This document shows positions 1-10,447 of a stretch of 64,000 bases of DNA, one piece after another. Under the pieces are notes generated by a model. The model did no database searches and was not told the DNA's origin. It saw nothing but the letters and a program-made list of their open reading frames with translations. Origin of the DNA: a virus; the IMG/VR virus record IMGVR_UViG_3300028840_003168; one strand, written 5' to 3'. The translations under genes and the position numbers were made by a program. Within the stretch, counting starts at the first letter, position 1. Every line of letters starts with the position of its first letter.

Positions 1-321
1 CCTGTTAGAAAGAGAGCCCAGGATGACAAGAAAGACCCTTTCGAGGTTGAGGAATTTGGTACGGAACTGGGGAAGGGTCACGGGGACCTGGACCCCGCGG
101 AGGTTCCCGAAGCGACCCGAGTTCCTTTCGGCCCAGGCAACTACATAAAGCTCAAGAACGAGGTCAAGGTTCCGTTGTGGGGAGGAGCTTCTCGTACCAT
201 ACCCAAAGGTACGAAAGGGTTTGTGGACTCTTTGTATGACGGCCACGGCGACCGTTTCTATATCAGAACTGAAGAAGGCGCTCTGTTCAGCACCGACCGA
301 GATAATTTGGCAAAAGCTTAG
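1..321 (+). CDS. 3' end of a hypothetical protein (truncated by window start)
   Basis: Frame 1 is open from base 1 (PVRKRAQDDKKDPF...NLAKA) to TAG at 319-321 and is followed by a hairpin. Confidence 0.75.
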   Translation, partial: PVRKRAQDDKKDPFEVEEFGTELGKGHGDLDPAEVPEATRVPFGPGNYIKLKNEVKVPLWGGASRTIPKGTKGFVDSLYDGHGDRFYIRTEEGALFSTDRDNLAKA

Positions 322-343
322 TTCCGCTTAGTTCCTCTCTCCC

Positions 344-384
344 GAGGCCCCTGGTTCGCCTTTCGCCAGGGGCCTCAATTATTT
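344..384 (+). terminator. Rho-independent terminator-like hairpin
   Basis: GAGGCCCCTGG (344-354) / CCAGGGGCCTC (366-376) form a perfect 11-bp stem, followed by AATTATTT. Confidence 0.7.
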
Positions 385-386
385 GA

Positions 387-415
387 TTGACGATAACCTC
401 CTCATATTTTAAGCT
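387..415 (+). promoter_or_regulatory. sigma70-type promoter
   Basis: TTGACG-N17-TAAGCT. Confidence 0.55.
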
Positions 416-421
416 CTGATT

Positions 422-517
422 CTCCATTCCGACAGAACTGGGTTGGCCTTCCTGGGCCGTTCAAACTTTTCCATTCGCTGGACAAAAACCGCACTCAGTT
501 CTGTCGGTTCTTTTTTT
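422..517 (+). ncRNA. candidate ~90-nt structured small RNA ending in a U-tract
   Basis: A 15-bp closing stem (429-443/493-507) encloses two small hairpins. T-run follows; promoter immediately upstream. Confidence 0.4.
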
Positions 518-562
518 GACATTGACCTTCGCATATTGATAGCCTATTTTAAGGAGGTCAAT

Positions 563-736
563 ATGAGACGTATAGATGAATCAATAGCAAGGGGCGCAGG
601 CTGTGTGTACATCATGAGTGTTCCACTGCTTAAAGAACTCGCAAAGAGGTATGGTACAATGTCAGCTGCTGAAGTATTTGAGATGGAGAGGAGAAGACGT
701 GAACAAAAAGTCGCAGAGAAAAAAGCGCAAGCGTAA
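563..736 (+). CDS. small hypothetical protein
   Basis: AAGGAGG Shine-Dalgarno before ATG 563 (internal start of track ORF 443..736). Confidence 0.6.
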   Translation: MRRIDESIARGAGCVYIMSVPLLKELAKRYGTMSAAEVFEMERRRREQKVAEKKAQA

Positions 737-902
737 AGAGAAGCGGAGAGCCCAGGATGCTACAGTTCCCATTAAGAAACCCAAGATACAGCCCCCACCT
801 GTTCAGAAGGAACTTTCTGAAGATTTATAGTCCGCTTTAAAAGTTCCAACGGTATATTAGATATGATGGTTTCGTTAACCCAATACTAGGAGGTGTTCGA
901 GT

Positions 903-1592
903 ATGCGAGTTCCGTTGATGTTTGTGTTAGGTTCCGTGCTGGTAATGATGCTGGCTGCGGTGAGTGTAAGAGGTATGACCGATAAGGGCCTTAACCGGCC
1001 CGTTTCTATCGGTCAGTGGACAGAGAAGACAAAAAGGATAGCCGCGCAATCAGTGATCGGTGAAGCAGGGTGGGGCAGTTCAGAACGTCCGCATGAAGTT
1101 ATGAATGAATGGGTTTCAATCATGCAGGTGTATGTGGTCAGGTATAGGGAGATACGGCAGACGGGCAGAAACTGGTCTTTGTCGAAAGTTATCAGAAAGT
1201 ATTCAGCTGCGGTGAAGAAAAGGAGTACTCATGCAAGGCCGTGGATACTTGGAATAGACAGAGAGTGCAAACGTCCGCGAGGGTGGCCTCAGGAACTCAG
1301 GTGGAAGTCTGTACATAAGCCGATATGTGAAAGGGCCTTCCTTACTTTGGATAGGTGGGCCAATGGTGATATCAAGACCTTGACTCCTGAGGCAAATCAT
1401 TATGGCGGCTCAATGGATGCATGGTATGCGGAGAAAGTAATGAAGTGGAAACGTGTACCGACTCCTCCATATTACGGTAACAAGTTTTATGATTCTCGCC
1501 GCCTTACAGGCAAGCCCCTCGTCGCACCCAGAATGGCAGCTCCTGGGATTCCGATGTTCGGGAACCTGGAACTCGTCCGACCGAAGATTTAG
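903..1592 (+). CDS. secreted/membrane-anchored protein, possible SleB-like cell wall hydrolase
   Basis: AGGAGG SD and N-terminal hydrophobic signal. SVIGEAG and TPEANHY resemble the Hydrolase_2 motifs (xxxGEAxG, xTxGAxHY). Confidence 0.45.
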   Translation: MRVPLMFVLGSVLVMMLAAVSVRGMTDKGLNRPVSIGQWTEKTKRIAAQSVIGEAGWGSSERPHEVMNEWVSIMQVYVVRYREIRQTGRNWSLSKVIRKYSAAVKKRSTHARPWILGIDRECKRPRGWPQELRWKSVHKPICERAFLTLDRWANGDIKTLTPEANHYGGSMDAWYAEKVMKWKRVPTPPYYGNKFYDSRRLTGKPLVAPRMAAPGIPMFGNLELVRPKI

Positions 1593-1697
1593 TCCTTCTC
1601 AAAAAAAAGAACCTCGATATATTGACAGGTTCTGAAAAATGTGCAGAATAGTAGTTGTGAATCAATTTCCAAGCCTTTAACGGCAAAGGAGGTTACA

Positions 1698-4046
1698 TTG
1701 ACAAAAACCCTAAACATAGCATGTGAGCTTCAACGGGCGGCGAACGCCTTGTCCCAAGTCTGTGATGGGGCTGTTGAGGATGATGGCATGGGCTACAACG
1801 CCTGTGACACGTCATTCGGCAAGTACATCGCCGCGGTGGACCCTTCGGAGTGGGATGACGAGATCTGCTTCGTAGTTCATCGTATGCTCAAGAAGTACCA
1901 GGAGCAACTCGAATCCTACGACATCATTTATGACGAGCTGCCCAGGCCCGAGGTCAAGTGGGAGAAGGCCCCTAAGCGCGGTGACGTCTCCAAGCGCATG
2001 AAATCCAAGGCTGCTCGGGCCGACTGCCTCAAGGAACTTCAGCGGGAGCGTTCTGAGGGCGGTGGCGCACTGAATATCAAGAATACGTTCAAGAAGGTCA
2101 TGATGTGCGGGTGGAGTGAAACGCATCAGGCTTTCGAGCTGGTGTCGCCTAAGGACTGGGACCTGGTGAACCGTATCAAGGAAGCTAAGTACAAGGACCG
2201 TAAGTGGACCGGCATGGCCTGGTTGATGTCAGGTGCCGGTCTTCTGCTGCTTCCGGCCATATTAAATGACTTCGATTTCGTCATCACGGACGAGGATCGT
2301 AAACGCCTGGACAAGATGATTAAGAAGGTCAAGGTTGAGCTGGCTGAAAAGGCTTCCAAGCCCCAGGTCTGGATCGAGGGCGATGTTGTCGTGACCAAGA
2401 CTGATTACCATCCAGACCTTGTCCAGGTCATGCAGAACATCCAGGGTCGCAAATGGCGCGGTAGGGATGGTGGCCCTAAGGATGAGAACACTTTCCCGCT
2501 TAACGTAATCGCTGGCAGGCAGATTCTTGAGATGGTCGAACAGTTCAACCTCAGGGTTGCTGACGGCGTTAAGGGGCGGCTGGAGGATCTGGGTAAGGCG
2601 GCTGCCGAGCGTGTGAGTGCCAGCAACGCCCTGGATGCGGATCTGGACATCGAGGGCTTTGGTACCGACGAGCTGGTTCCTTATCCCTTCCAGAAGGGTG
2701 GCATCAAGTACGCCATGGGCGCGAAGAACACTTTTATCGCGGATGAGATGGGTCTTGGCAAGACCGTCCAGGCCCTCGGGACCTTGCAGGCCACTAACAC
2801 CTACCCCGCGCTCGTTATCGTTCCTAAAGGTGTCAACCTTCAGTGGGTGCGTGAAGCCGGTAGGTGGCTCCCCGGTCGGAGCTGTCAGCTTGTACGCGGC
2901 ACCAAGCCTGTCGAGTACACCGCAGAAATCGTGGTCATCAATTACGACATCCTTTTGAAGCACCTTCCAGGGCTCTTGGAACGCCCCTGGAAAGCCATTG
3001 TTCTCGACGAGAGCCACTACATCAAGAACCGCAAGGCGCAGCGCACAGCGGCTGCCATGGCGCTCTCAGCACTCGATAGCCTCGAAGTCAGACTGTGCCT
3101 CACGGGTACCCCGGTTCTGAACAGGCCCATTGAGCTGGTTCAGCAGCTTACCTTTCTGGGTACCTTGAACGACATGGGCGGTTTCTGGCATTTCGCCAAA
3201 AGGTTTTGTGACGCTCATGAAGCTGACGGGTTTTGGGATATGAACGGCGCCTCGAACCTGGAGGAGCTGTCTAAGCGGCTCAGGGCCACCTGCTTTGTGA
3301 GGCGCGAGAAGGCCGATGTCATCAAGGAACTCCCGCCCCTGCAACGGACTGTGGTTCCCGTCGAGCTGGACAACCTGGCAACGTATGAGGCGGCTCTCGC
3401 GGATGTTATCTCCTGGATGAGGTCCAAGAAGGCTGATGGCAGCGCCGATGCAGACAAGCGTGAGTACACCATCGAGGCCCTGGCGAAGATTGAGGGCCTG
3501 AAGCAACTGGTTGTCGAGCACAAGTTCAACAGTTGCGTTGAGTGGATTTCCAGCTTCCTGGACAGCGATGGTAAACTGGTGGTCTTCGCTCATCATCGCA
3601 ACGTGCAGGACAAGCTGGCTGCGGCCCTGGCTGACTATAATCCCGCCAGGATCGTGGGCGCGATGAATGATGAGGCTCGTAAAGGCCAGATTGACAAGTT
3701 CCGTAATGACGACTCCTGCCGGGTGGCCATCGTGTCCTTGAAGGCCGGTGGTACGGGCATCGACGGTTTGCAGATCGCTTCCAGCGTGGCCTTCGTCGAG
3801 TTCGGTTGGCACCCCGGTGAGATGGACCAGGCCGAGGCCAGGGTACACCGTATCGGTTCTGATGAAGGTGTGTCTGCGGTCAACTCCTACTGGCTGGGCG
3901 CCGAGGATACCTTTGACGATGACATTATCGGGCTTATTGAGGAGAAGCGGGTAGTCACCGAGGCCATTAATGCGGGACGGGAAATCGAGGGGAATGTGGA
4001 TATCGTGAGCTGGTTTGAGATGCTCACGGGAGTTGAGGAGAAGTAA
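1698..4046 (+). CDS. SNF2-family (SMARCAL1/HARP-like) DNA helicase/annealing ATPase
   Basis: Motifs ADEMGLGKT, LDESH, LTGTP and QAEARVHRIG. The likely start is TTG 1698 after AAGGAGG. Confidence 0.92.
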   Translation: MTKTLNIACELQRAANALSQVCDGAVEDDGMGYNACDTSFGKYIAAVDPSEWDDEICFVVHRMLKKYQEQLESYDIIYDELPRPEVKWEKAPKRGDVSKRMKSKAARADCLKELQRERSEGGGALNIKNTFKKVMMCGWSETHQAFELVSPKDWDLVNRIKEAKYKDRKWTGMAWLMSGAGLLLLPAILNDFDFVITDEDRKRLDKMIKKVKVELAEKASKPQVWIEGDVVVTKTDYHPDLVQVMQNIQGRKWRGRDGGPKDENTFPLNVIAGRQILEMVEQFNLRVADGVKGRLEDLGKAAAERVSASNALDADLDIEGFGTDELVPYPFQKGGIKYAMGAKNTFIADEMGLGKTVQALGTLQATNTYPALVIVPKGVNLQWVREAGRWLPGRSCQLVRGTKPVEYTAEIVVINYDILLKHLPGLLERPWKAIVLDESHYIKNRKAQRTAAAMALSALDSLEVRLCLTGTPVLNRPIELVQQLTFLGTLNDMGGFWHFAKRFCDAHEADGFWDMNGASNLEELSKRLRATCFVRREKADVIKELPPLQRTVVPVELDNLATYEAALADVISWMRSKKADGSADADKREYTIEALAKIEGLKQLVVEHKFNSCVEWISSFLDSDGKLVVFAHHRNVQDKLAAALADYNPARIVGAMNDEARKGQIDKFRNDDSCRVAIVSLKAGGTGIDGLQIASSVAFVEFGWHPGEMDQAEARVHRIGSDEGVSAVNSYWLGAEDTFDDDIIGLIEEKRVVTEAINAGREIEGNVDIVSWFEMLTGVEEK

Positions 4047-5931
4047 TTGAACGCACTAACCAAAGAAGAGGCCCTGGAGATAACTGCTCGACACTGCTAC
4101 GGCAAGTCCTTTTCCGAGTACACCGATCCTGAGAGGGACCAGGTGGTGATTTCGGTCATCACCAAGATTGCCAAGCGCAGGATGGCTGGCAAGCCCGAGC
4201 CTCAATTCCAGGTGGATGACGAAGTCCTGGTGAAGCGCGGCAGGGCTCGTGGTGAGCTTGCAACGGTTACTGCTCTGCGCTGGGACGATTGGGAGTACCG
4301 GTGGGAGGTCATCGTGTACACAGAAGGTACCGAACGCAGGATGGGTCGCAGGATGGGCGGTAAGGAATCTAGCTTTAAGCTGGTTAGCAGGCCTGAACCG
4401 GTTCAGGAGCAGGTATCTGAAGAGACTCGTAAACGCAGTGATGAGCTTATGAAAGCTCTGGAAAGTTTGGAGGGCTAGAATGACAAACGAAAGACAATAC
4501 ACAAAAGCGGTAGATTTTGGCGACATACCTGTTGGCAGGTTGTTTATCTACCACGAAACTGTCTGGGTTAAGGTTAATCGGAAGGACGCAGCTTTCCTCA
4601 ATGCCGAGGGTCCTGGCGTTGCTCAGTTTGATTTGCTCCAGAAAAGCTTTTCCGAGGATGAGTCGAATGAGGATGCTCCTATCCAGCTCCTGGATGGCGG
4701 CATGGTCGCAGAACTCATCATAGAGAAGCACCAGGCCTTGCTCAGGGAGGCCGCGGAGCAGACGGCGCAGGAGACCCTGGACAAGGAAAAGAACAAGATA
4801 ATGGAAGTGTATAAGGGCTACGGTTGGGTGATCACGAGGGAGTTCATCGATTCCCCGGAAGCCGTGGGTAAGATGGGTCCGAGGGATGTGGAGTTCTCTC
4901 AGGAATACATCGAAAAATATGGTGCCGAGTTCCAGATGTATGATGACGATGGGAACCTGTATTTCATCGGCAAGATTCTGGGCGACTACCAGGGCTTTGA
5001 GCCCCTGGACGACTTCGGTACTGCGTGGGCCGGTGCCACGTATATCAAGTACCTCAACCAGGAAACGAACACCTGGGAGATTATTTAGGAGGGCAAGATG
5101 ACTGATTCCCTGGAGAAACCGCAAGTGACAAAAATAATCAAGGGGCATTCTATAACTCTTGAGAAGAGGGTTCGTTATGTAGCGAGTCTGGCGGCGATCA
5201 CGCAAGATCGCAGGATATATCCAGTATCGATACGCAAGTACGATGATTCTGAACTTGAAGTGGTGATTGCTGATCTTGAGTATGACCAAGCGAAAGAGCT
5301 GGTCAATGCTTTTAACAACGGGGCGAAAAGTCGTGATGGTAGGATTTGGTAACATGTGTCTTTCGTTTGAAAGGGCTTTGACGAAAATGGAGGTGTTATA
5401 TGGAGGATACTAAATTACGAATAGGCGACGTTGTAAAAACTGTTTTTGGTGTGACTGGGGCTGTAGTGGGTTCTGTTAATGATTGGGTTATCGTAGAACA
5501 CAATACTGGATTGGCTTATTATAGGGAAAGTGAAGTGGGACATTCAACCTGTCCTATATGCAACACGATAGACCTTGACGGACTTGAAGCTTGCTCTGGT
5601 TGTTATATGCAAGTGGTTACAGAATTAGCCAAAGTCAAAAAAGAGAATAAGGCGCTTCGAGAGACTATTGCAAGAGGCGATCACACCATTTAAGCACGGT
5701 TTGTAAGGAGGAAGACCGATGAACATTTATGATTGGAAATGTCCAAAATGTGATCGAACTTGGCGTATAATTTCTTTTCCTCATCGATGTACTTGCGGTT
5801 ATTTGAATGACAGCGAAGCGTTGCGACTGCATTTAAACGCACAATTTGATGATGATAGCGGAAGCGAAGGCTATTCACATTATCACGAAACAGGAAGTGC
5901 CTGTTATTTGGGATGTAATTTCAGGCGATAA
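4047..5931 (+). other. five hypothetical CDSs (4047-4478, 4480-5088, 5098-5352, 5400-5693, 5719-5931)
   Basis: Contiguous + strand ORFs with SD-like sequences. The last two carry CxxC motifs. Confidence 0.65.
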
Positions 5932-5949
5932 TAGCAAGGAGGAAGTCCA

Positions 5950-6858
5950 ATGAAAGAACGATACGTAGCAAAGAATTTCAGACCGGCCACATTGGATTTG
6001 ATTGAGATCTGTGAGGGCATCCTGAACGATTATGCCGCAGATGGGTATGATTTGACGCTTCGGCAGCTGTACTACCAGCTCGTGTCCAGGGACATCATTC
6101 CCAACAGTCAGAAAGAATACTCCAGGCTGGGTTCCATTGTGAACGATGCTCGACTGGCCGGTTTGCTGGACTGGGAGCAGATTGTGGACCGTGGCAGAAA
6201 AACGGTGGAGAACTCTCACTGGACCGACCCGAGCGCCATATTACGCTCCGCAGCCGCCTCATTCGCCATCGACAAGTGGGAGGCCCAACCCTACTACGTC
6301 GAGGTCATGTGCGAGAAGCAGGCCCTGGAAGGGGTCTTGGCGCCCGTCTGTGAGCGTCTGGATATTCCTTTCTCCTCGAACAAAGGGTACTCGTCCCAGA
6401 GCTTCATGTGGCGCAAGGGTAAGAACCTTTTGAGGAAGGTGCGGAGGGGCAAGGAAATTCTGCTGCTCTATCTCGGTGATCACGATCCTTCAGGATTGGA
6501 TATGGACAGAGACATCAAGGACCGGCTTTCCATGTTCGTGGGTAATAGTGACCGTCTGCATGTGGAGAATCTGGACTTGAATCGGGTGGCTTTGACGATG
6601 GATCAGATCGAAGAGTTCAACCCGCCGCCGAACCCGGCGAAGATTACGGACAGCCGTGCCAAGGAGTACATCAAGAAGCACGGTGACGAGAGCTGGGAGC
6701 TGGATGCCTTGGAGCCGCGGATATTGGCAGCGTTAGTCGAGGACGCTGTTTTCGGGGTGCGGGACGAGGATCTCTGGATGGAAGCTCTGGCGAAGGAGCA
6801 GGCCATGACCGAGAGCCTGAAGGGCCTTGCGGACGAGTATAAGGATAAGGAATGGTAA
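5950..6858 (+). CDS. Toprim-fold protein (Topo VI-A/DUF2399-like)
   Basis: TLRQLYYQLVS winged-helix, CEK, YLGDHDPSG (DxD) and WELDAL motifs. Confidence 0.8.
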   Translation: MKERYVAKNFRPATLDLIEICEGILNDYAADGYDLTLRQLYYQLVSRDIIPNSQKEYSRLGSIVNDARLAGLLDWEQIVDRGRKTVENSHWTDPSAILRSAAASFAIDKWEAQPYYVEVMCEKQALEGVLAPVCERLDIPFSSNKGYSSQSFMWRKGKNLLRKVRRGKEILLLYLGDHDPSGLDMDRDIKDRLSMFVGNSDRLHVENLDLNRVALTMDQIEEFNPPPNPAKITDSRAKEYIKKHGDESWELDALEPRILAALVEDAVFGVRDEDLWMEALAKEQAMTESLKGLADEYKDKEW

Positions 6859-6931
6859 TCACCTTCAACTTTAGAGAACCCACACGGCTTATTGTACACT
6901 GGTGCTTGGAGATTTTTGCCCAGAGGAGCCC

Positions 6932-7585
6932 ATGGAATTATTCTCTGAAATATCGAAGATTGCAAGGAAAAGAGCCATGCGTAAAAAGTCCATGAAGGAT
7001 TACGATATCTTCCTGGAGGTGGCGAAGAGGTACGCCCAGACCACAGATACCACAACGCTTGCCCCGGATGACATTCAAGTAGGTCAATCTGTGTTCGATC
7101 CAAACGATGAGGAGTTCATCGTTTTGGAGTCGGAAGATGCGGCCACCACCAAGGTGCTGATGCCTGCCGAGCAGCTCAACACAGGAGGCCTCCCGGAGAG
7201 CGTCCAGACCGTGGATGACGTTGCTCTTGAGTCAGACTATACTCTACAGCCCAGTGGCGCCCAGACGGGTGTGACGGCCTTCCACAAGGTACTGCCCGAG
7301 TTCCGGGAGAAAAAGCGGGCGGGAGTTTTGAAGGAGTTTCAGAAGAAAGCCCAGGCGACTCCCCAGGACATTATGTTGGAGAAGATCCAGGAGTTGCAGG
7401 AGGAGTTCCAGTATGCAGCCTACGCTCTTGTGGGTGCGTTGGCTGACTACTCAAACAACGGTGATCTCAATAAGCTGGATTTGGAACTTTCCAAGTTGAG
7501 AGTGGAAGGCATCCCGGATGAGGGCTTGGGGGTATCGGACCTGCGGGATCTGGTCGATGATGTCATGAGGGCTGAGGAAGTTTAA
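6932..7585 (+). CDS. acidic hypothetical protein with several basic-x-AQ motifs, possible virion protein
   Basis: GAGGAG SD before ATG 6932. Contains KRYAQ and KKAQ. Confidence 0.65.
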   Translation: MELFSEISKIARKRAMRKKSMKDYDIFLEVAKRYAQTTDTTTLAPDDIQVGQSVFDPNDEEFIVLESEDAATTKVLMPAEQLNTGGLPESVQTVDDVALESDYTLQPSGAQTGVTAFHKVLPEFREKKRAGVLKEFQKKAQATPQDIMLEKIQELQEEFQYAAYALVGALADYSNNGDLNKLDLELSKLRVEGIPDEGLGVSDLRDLVDDVMRAEEV

Positions 7586-7639
7586 GGTTATGTTTAAGAA
7601 ATCGGACATATTCCATTTTATCCTTTATGAGGTTAAACT

Positions 7640-7909
7640 ATGAGGAATCGCAGAAACCCACGCTGCTCAAGCCCCGGAGAGAATCGGGCCGGTTCTAAGT
7701 TTAAGGCTAAGTTTAATTACAGGAGATCCCAGGACGTGGACGGGTTCAGGTTCGGTGAAGATGGCTACATGGAAGTAATGGATGCCATCGTGGAGATGGT
7801 TGAGAACGGATACGGGGTCGTGGACATCATGCTCAACATCGGTGAGAGGTTTCCGCGGGAAATGGCAACAAAGGTGCTTGAGGAAGCACGAGCGCAGGGA
7901 ATCTTATGA
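7640..7909 (+). CDS. hypothetical protein, basic N-terminus and acidic C-terminus
   Basis: GAGG SD. Switches from basic to acidic at RRSQ. Confidence 0.6.
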   Translation: MRNRRNPRCSSPGENRAGSKFKAKFNYRRSQDVDGFRFGEDGYMEVMDAIVEMVENGYGVVDIMLNIGERFPREMATKVLEEARAQGIL

Positions 7910-8184
7910 AACTCAAAGGCCTCACGGATAAGTCGGTAAAGAGGGTGGCCAAGGCTACCAAGACCCGAGAGGATATTTTGAGTATGGCTCAGTCGAATGC
8001 GGAAATGGCAATTGACCAGGCTTATGAACCAGATTTTGAGGATCTCCAGGATGCGATAGACTCTTACTATGAGAATGCAGCAGACACGATGGCGGAATGG
8101 GGTTTTACCGTGTCAGACCGTGAATGGGATCTCATGTACGATGAATACTTTGCTACCGTAGAACGACTTCGGGGAGACCAATGA
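7906..8184 (+). CDS. leader-A acidic protein
   Basis: Starts MKLKGLTDKSVKRVA; ATGA overlap with the previous gene. Confidence 0.8.
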   Translation: MKLKGLTDKSVKRVAKATKTREDILSMAQSNAEMAIDQAYEPDFEDLQDAIDSYYENAADTMAEWGFTVSDREWDLMYDEYFATVERLRGDQ

Positions 8185-8594
8185 AACTCAAAGGCCTCAC
8201 GGATAAGTCTATCAGCCGTATTGCGGACATGTTCGAGGTACCTTATTCCAAGAGCTACAAGAACAAGATGGACGAGCTGGAGGCATACCAGCCAGCTGAT
8301 GAGGAGCTGGTGGACCTGGCAGAGGTACTTTACGGTTGCATCGATGACGAGGATACCTGGGTACCTCAGGTGACGAATTCCAGGATACCGACCAGGAGTG
8401 ATAACAATGTGGAGTCGGTGAGGTTCTACATGAATGTCGCCGCCGACGATATGGGCCGAGGTTTGGATTGGCTGGGTGCTTTGGCGAAACTGTGGGCAGT
8501 ACATTCGGCCACCGGGTACACCCATGCCATAGATGAGCTGCACGGAAGGTGCTGTGTTCAGGAGGAAGAGGATGAGACTCAAGGGATTATCTGA
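8181..8594 (+). CDS. leader-A acidic protein
   Basis: Starts MKLKGLTDKSISRIA. Confidence 0.8.
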   Translation: MKLKGLTDKSISRIADMFEVPYSKSYKNKMDELEAYQPADEELVDLAEVLYGCIDDEDTWVPQVTNSRIPTRSDNNVESVRFYMNVAADDMGRGLDWLGALAKLWAVHSATGYTHAIDELHGRCCVQEEEDETQGII

Positions 8595-8952
8595 TGAAGG
8601 TGTTAAGAGGGTGGCAGGTACCTTGCGAAAGACTGCGGACCTGGCTCCCAAGGACTTCATGACGGATATCGTGGTGAGTGATGACGGTTGGGGGTACTAC
8701 CTGATTTACGAGAAGGCCGACGATTCCTTGTACGTTTTCAGAGATGACAGGGACGCCGAGGAGGATAAGACTTTCAGTCTTGAGGTTGTCTGGGATGGGG
8801 TGGAACTCGAAGGTACCTTGGAGGACTGGGACGCTTTCAATGCGATTGATTGGGAAACCAAGAAAGGTCTCGCCGATGCCTTGGAGAAAGAGCTGAAGGA
8901 TGTTGAGGAGGGGGAGCAGACCCGTAAGGAATATCTGAGAAGAGGTTGGTGA
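8572..8952 (+). CDS. leader-A acidic protein
   Basis: GGAGG SD before ATG 8572; starts MRLKGLSDEGVKRVA. Confidence 0.8.
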   Translation: MRLKGLSDEGVKRVAGTLRKTADLAPKDFMTDIVVSDDGWGYYLIYEKADDSLYVFRDDRDAEEDKTFSLEVVWDGVELEGTLEDWDAFNAIDWETKKGLADALEKELKDVEEGEQTRKEYLRRGW

Positions 8953-9347
8953 TGAAACTTAAAGGATTATCTAACAAAGGTGTGAAGCGGGTAGCTTCTG
9001 TCATTAAAGGATATGGCCAGCGCGATCCTCAGAATGCTGTGGGCATAAGCGCATTTGAGGTCTTCGGAGACTCCGTTGATGCCTACCAAGAGTTTGCCTG
9101 GAACTATTTTGATAGAGGCCCGGAGGGCGGTATTGAGCTTCCGCAGACTTCTCTCGATAAAGAGATGATCATGTATGCCATGCAGGAGCATGTTGACGAG
9201 ACCACCCAGCCGGGAGGTCCTGGGAGAGCTTTGGGGACAGGTGAGTACCTTGAGCTGGAGGACGCTGGGTACTACCTTGAAACTGTCATTGAGGAGCTTG
9301 AAATACTCCCCATGACCGACGAGGAGCTTTACGGGAGCCCGTATTGA
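8952..9347 (+). CDS. leader-A acidic protein
   Basis: TGATG junction; starts MKLKGLSNKGVKRVA. Confidence 0.8.
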   Translation: MKLKGLSNKGVKRVASVIKGYGQRDPQNAVGISAFEVFGDSVDAYQEFAWNYFDRGPEGGIELPQTSLDKEMIMYAMQEHVDETTQPGGPGRALGTGEYLELEDAGYYLETVIEELEILPMTDEELYGSPY

Positions 9348-9580
9348 TGAGCCAGAAGGATAACATCATCGCTACCACTGAAGGGATACTGGACGCCTTG
9401 AGGGCACTCACAGGGCGTCTCTATGATGCTTTGGAGAGGTACCGGGAGGATGATGATGTGGAATCTTTGGGTGAGGAGATAGAGGACCAGGTGGACTATA
9501 TGATACCGGATGTGGCCACGGTCATGAAAGACCTTGCTTTGGACATCAGTCTTGAGGCTGTTGAAACTTTGGAGGATTAG
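9344..9580 (+). CDS. acidic hypothetical protein without leader
   Basis: ORF translationally coupled within the cluster. Confidence 0.65.
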   Translation: MMSQKDNIIATTEGILDALRALTGRLYDALERYREDDDVESLGEEIEDQVDYMIPDVATVMKDLALDISLEAVETLED

Positions 9581-9584
9581 GGAA

Positions 9585-9899
9585 ATGCGTTTAAAAGGAT
9601 TATCAGAAAAGGGTGTCCAGCAGGTTGCCAGGACGATTAAGGGACAGGATACCTATGAGTGGCAGTACGGTACTGAGATAGACCCCCTGGCCACCGCAGT
9701 ACACAACGATTTGAATGATGCCGAGGCTTATGCCAAGGAGCTTGTCTCGGATGTTGACGCTATTCTGTATTCAGCTACCTCACCCCATCAGGAAGTGAAG
9801 GACTGGGTACATGAAGTTCGTTGGGCCGCTGAAAAAGCACAGGCTCTCGTTAACCTTTTGGAGATGGTTGCTGATACATTAGAGGAGGGTAGTCAATGA
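9585..9899 (+). CDS. leader-A acidic protein
   Basis: ATG 9585; starts MRLKGLSEKGVQQVARTIKGQ. Confidence 0.8.
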   Translation: MRLKGLSEKGVQQVARTIKGQDTYEWQYGTEIDPLATAVHNDLNDAEAYAKELVSDVDAILYSATSPHQEVKDWVHEVRWAAEKAQALVNLLEMVADTLEEGSQ

Positions 9900-10372
9900 G
9901 ACTCAAAGGAATCACAGGACAGGGCATTCAACGGGTTGCCAGGACGATTAAGGCTCAGGGTGAAGGGCTTACCATGTTTGACCTGGACACCTTCGCACAG
10001 GCCTATGTAGAAGCCATGCTGTGGTCCTCCTCCACCATGGAGGATGATGCAGAGATGTTCGGTGAGGAGTTTGCCGAGAACCTGGATGACTTGGTAGGGT
10101 TCATTGACATGTCTCCTGAGGCGGTAGCCCAGGTGAAAGAGGACTGTGATCAGTTCCAGGAGGAGAATGCGGAACTTCTCGATCAGGTGTCGGAGGAGTT
10201 CGGGGTTGGCGACGACCAACACGGCCATGATTTCTGGCTTACTAGAGCAGGTCATGGTGCTGGGTTCTGGGACCGCGGTTACGGTGACTTGGGGGAGAGG
10301 CTGTCGGACGCCGCCCGGAAGTTTGGGCATATCGATCCTTATATCGGTGATGACAAGAAAGTCTATTTTTGA
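9896..10372 (+). CDS. leader-A protein with conserved phage HDFWLTRxGHGxGFWDR domain
   Basis: Starts MRLKGITGQGIQRVARTIKAQ. The C-terminal motif is one I recognise from uncharacterised phage proteins. Confidence 0.8.
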   Translation: MRLKGITGQGIQRVARTIKAQGEGLTMFDLDTFAQAYVEAMLWSSSTMEDDAEMFGEEFAENLDDLVGFIDMSPEAVAQVKEDCDQFQEENAELLDQVSEEFGVGDDQHGHDFWLTRAGHGAGFWDRGYGDLGERLSDAARKFGHIDPYIGDDKKVYF

Positions 10373-10447
10373 AAAAAGAACCTAAAAATATATCCAGGTT
10401 GTCAGATCTCTGGTATACCTTCCGTCTGAGTAGGTAAGGAGGTCAGC

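Noticed and set aside
618-830. Basic ORF containing KRRAQD
   Set aside because: It overlaps the SD-supported 563-736 gene and has no clear start, so it was not counted as a motif instance.
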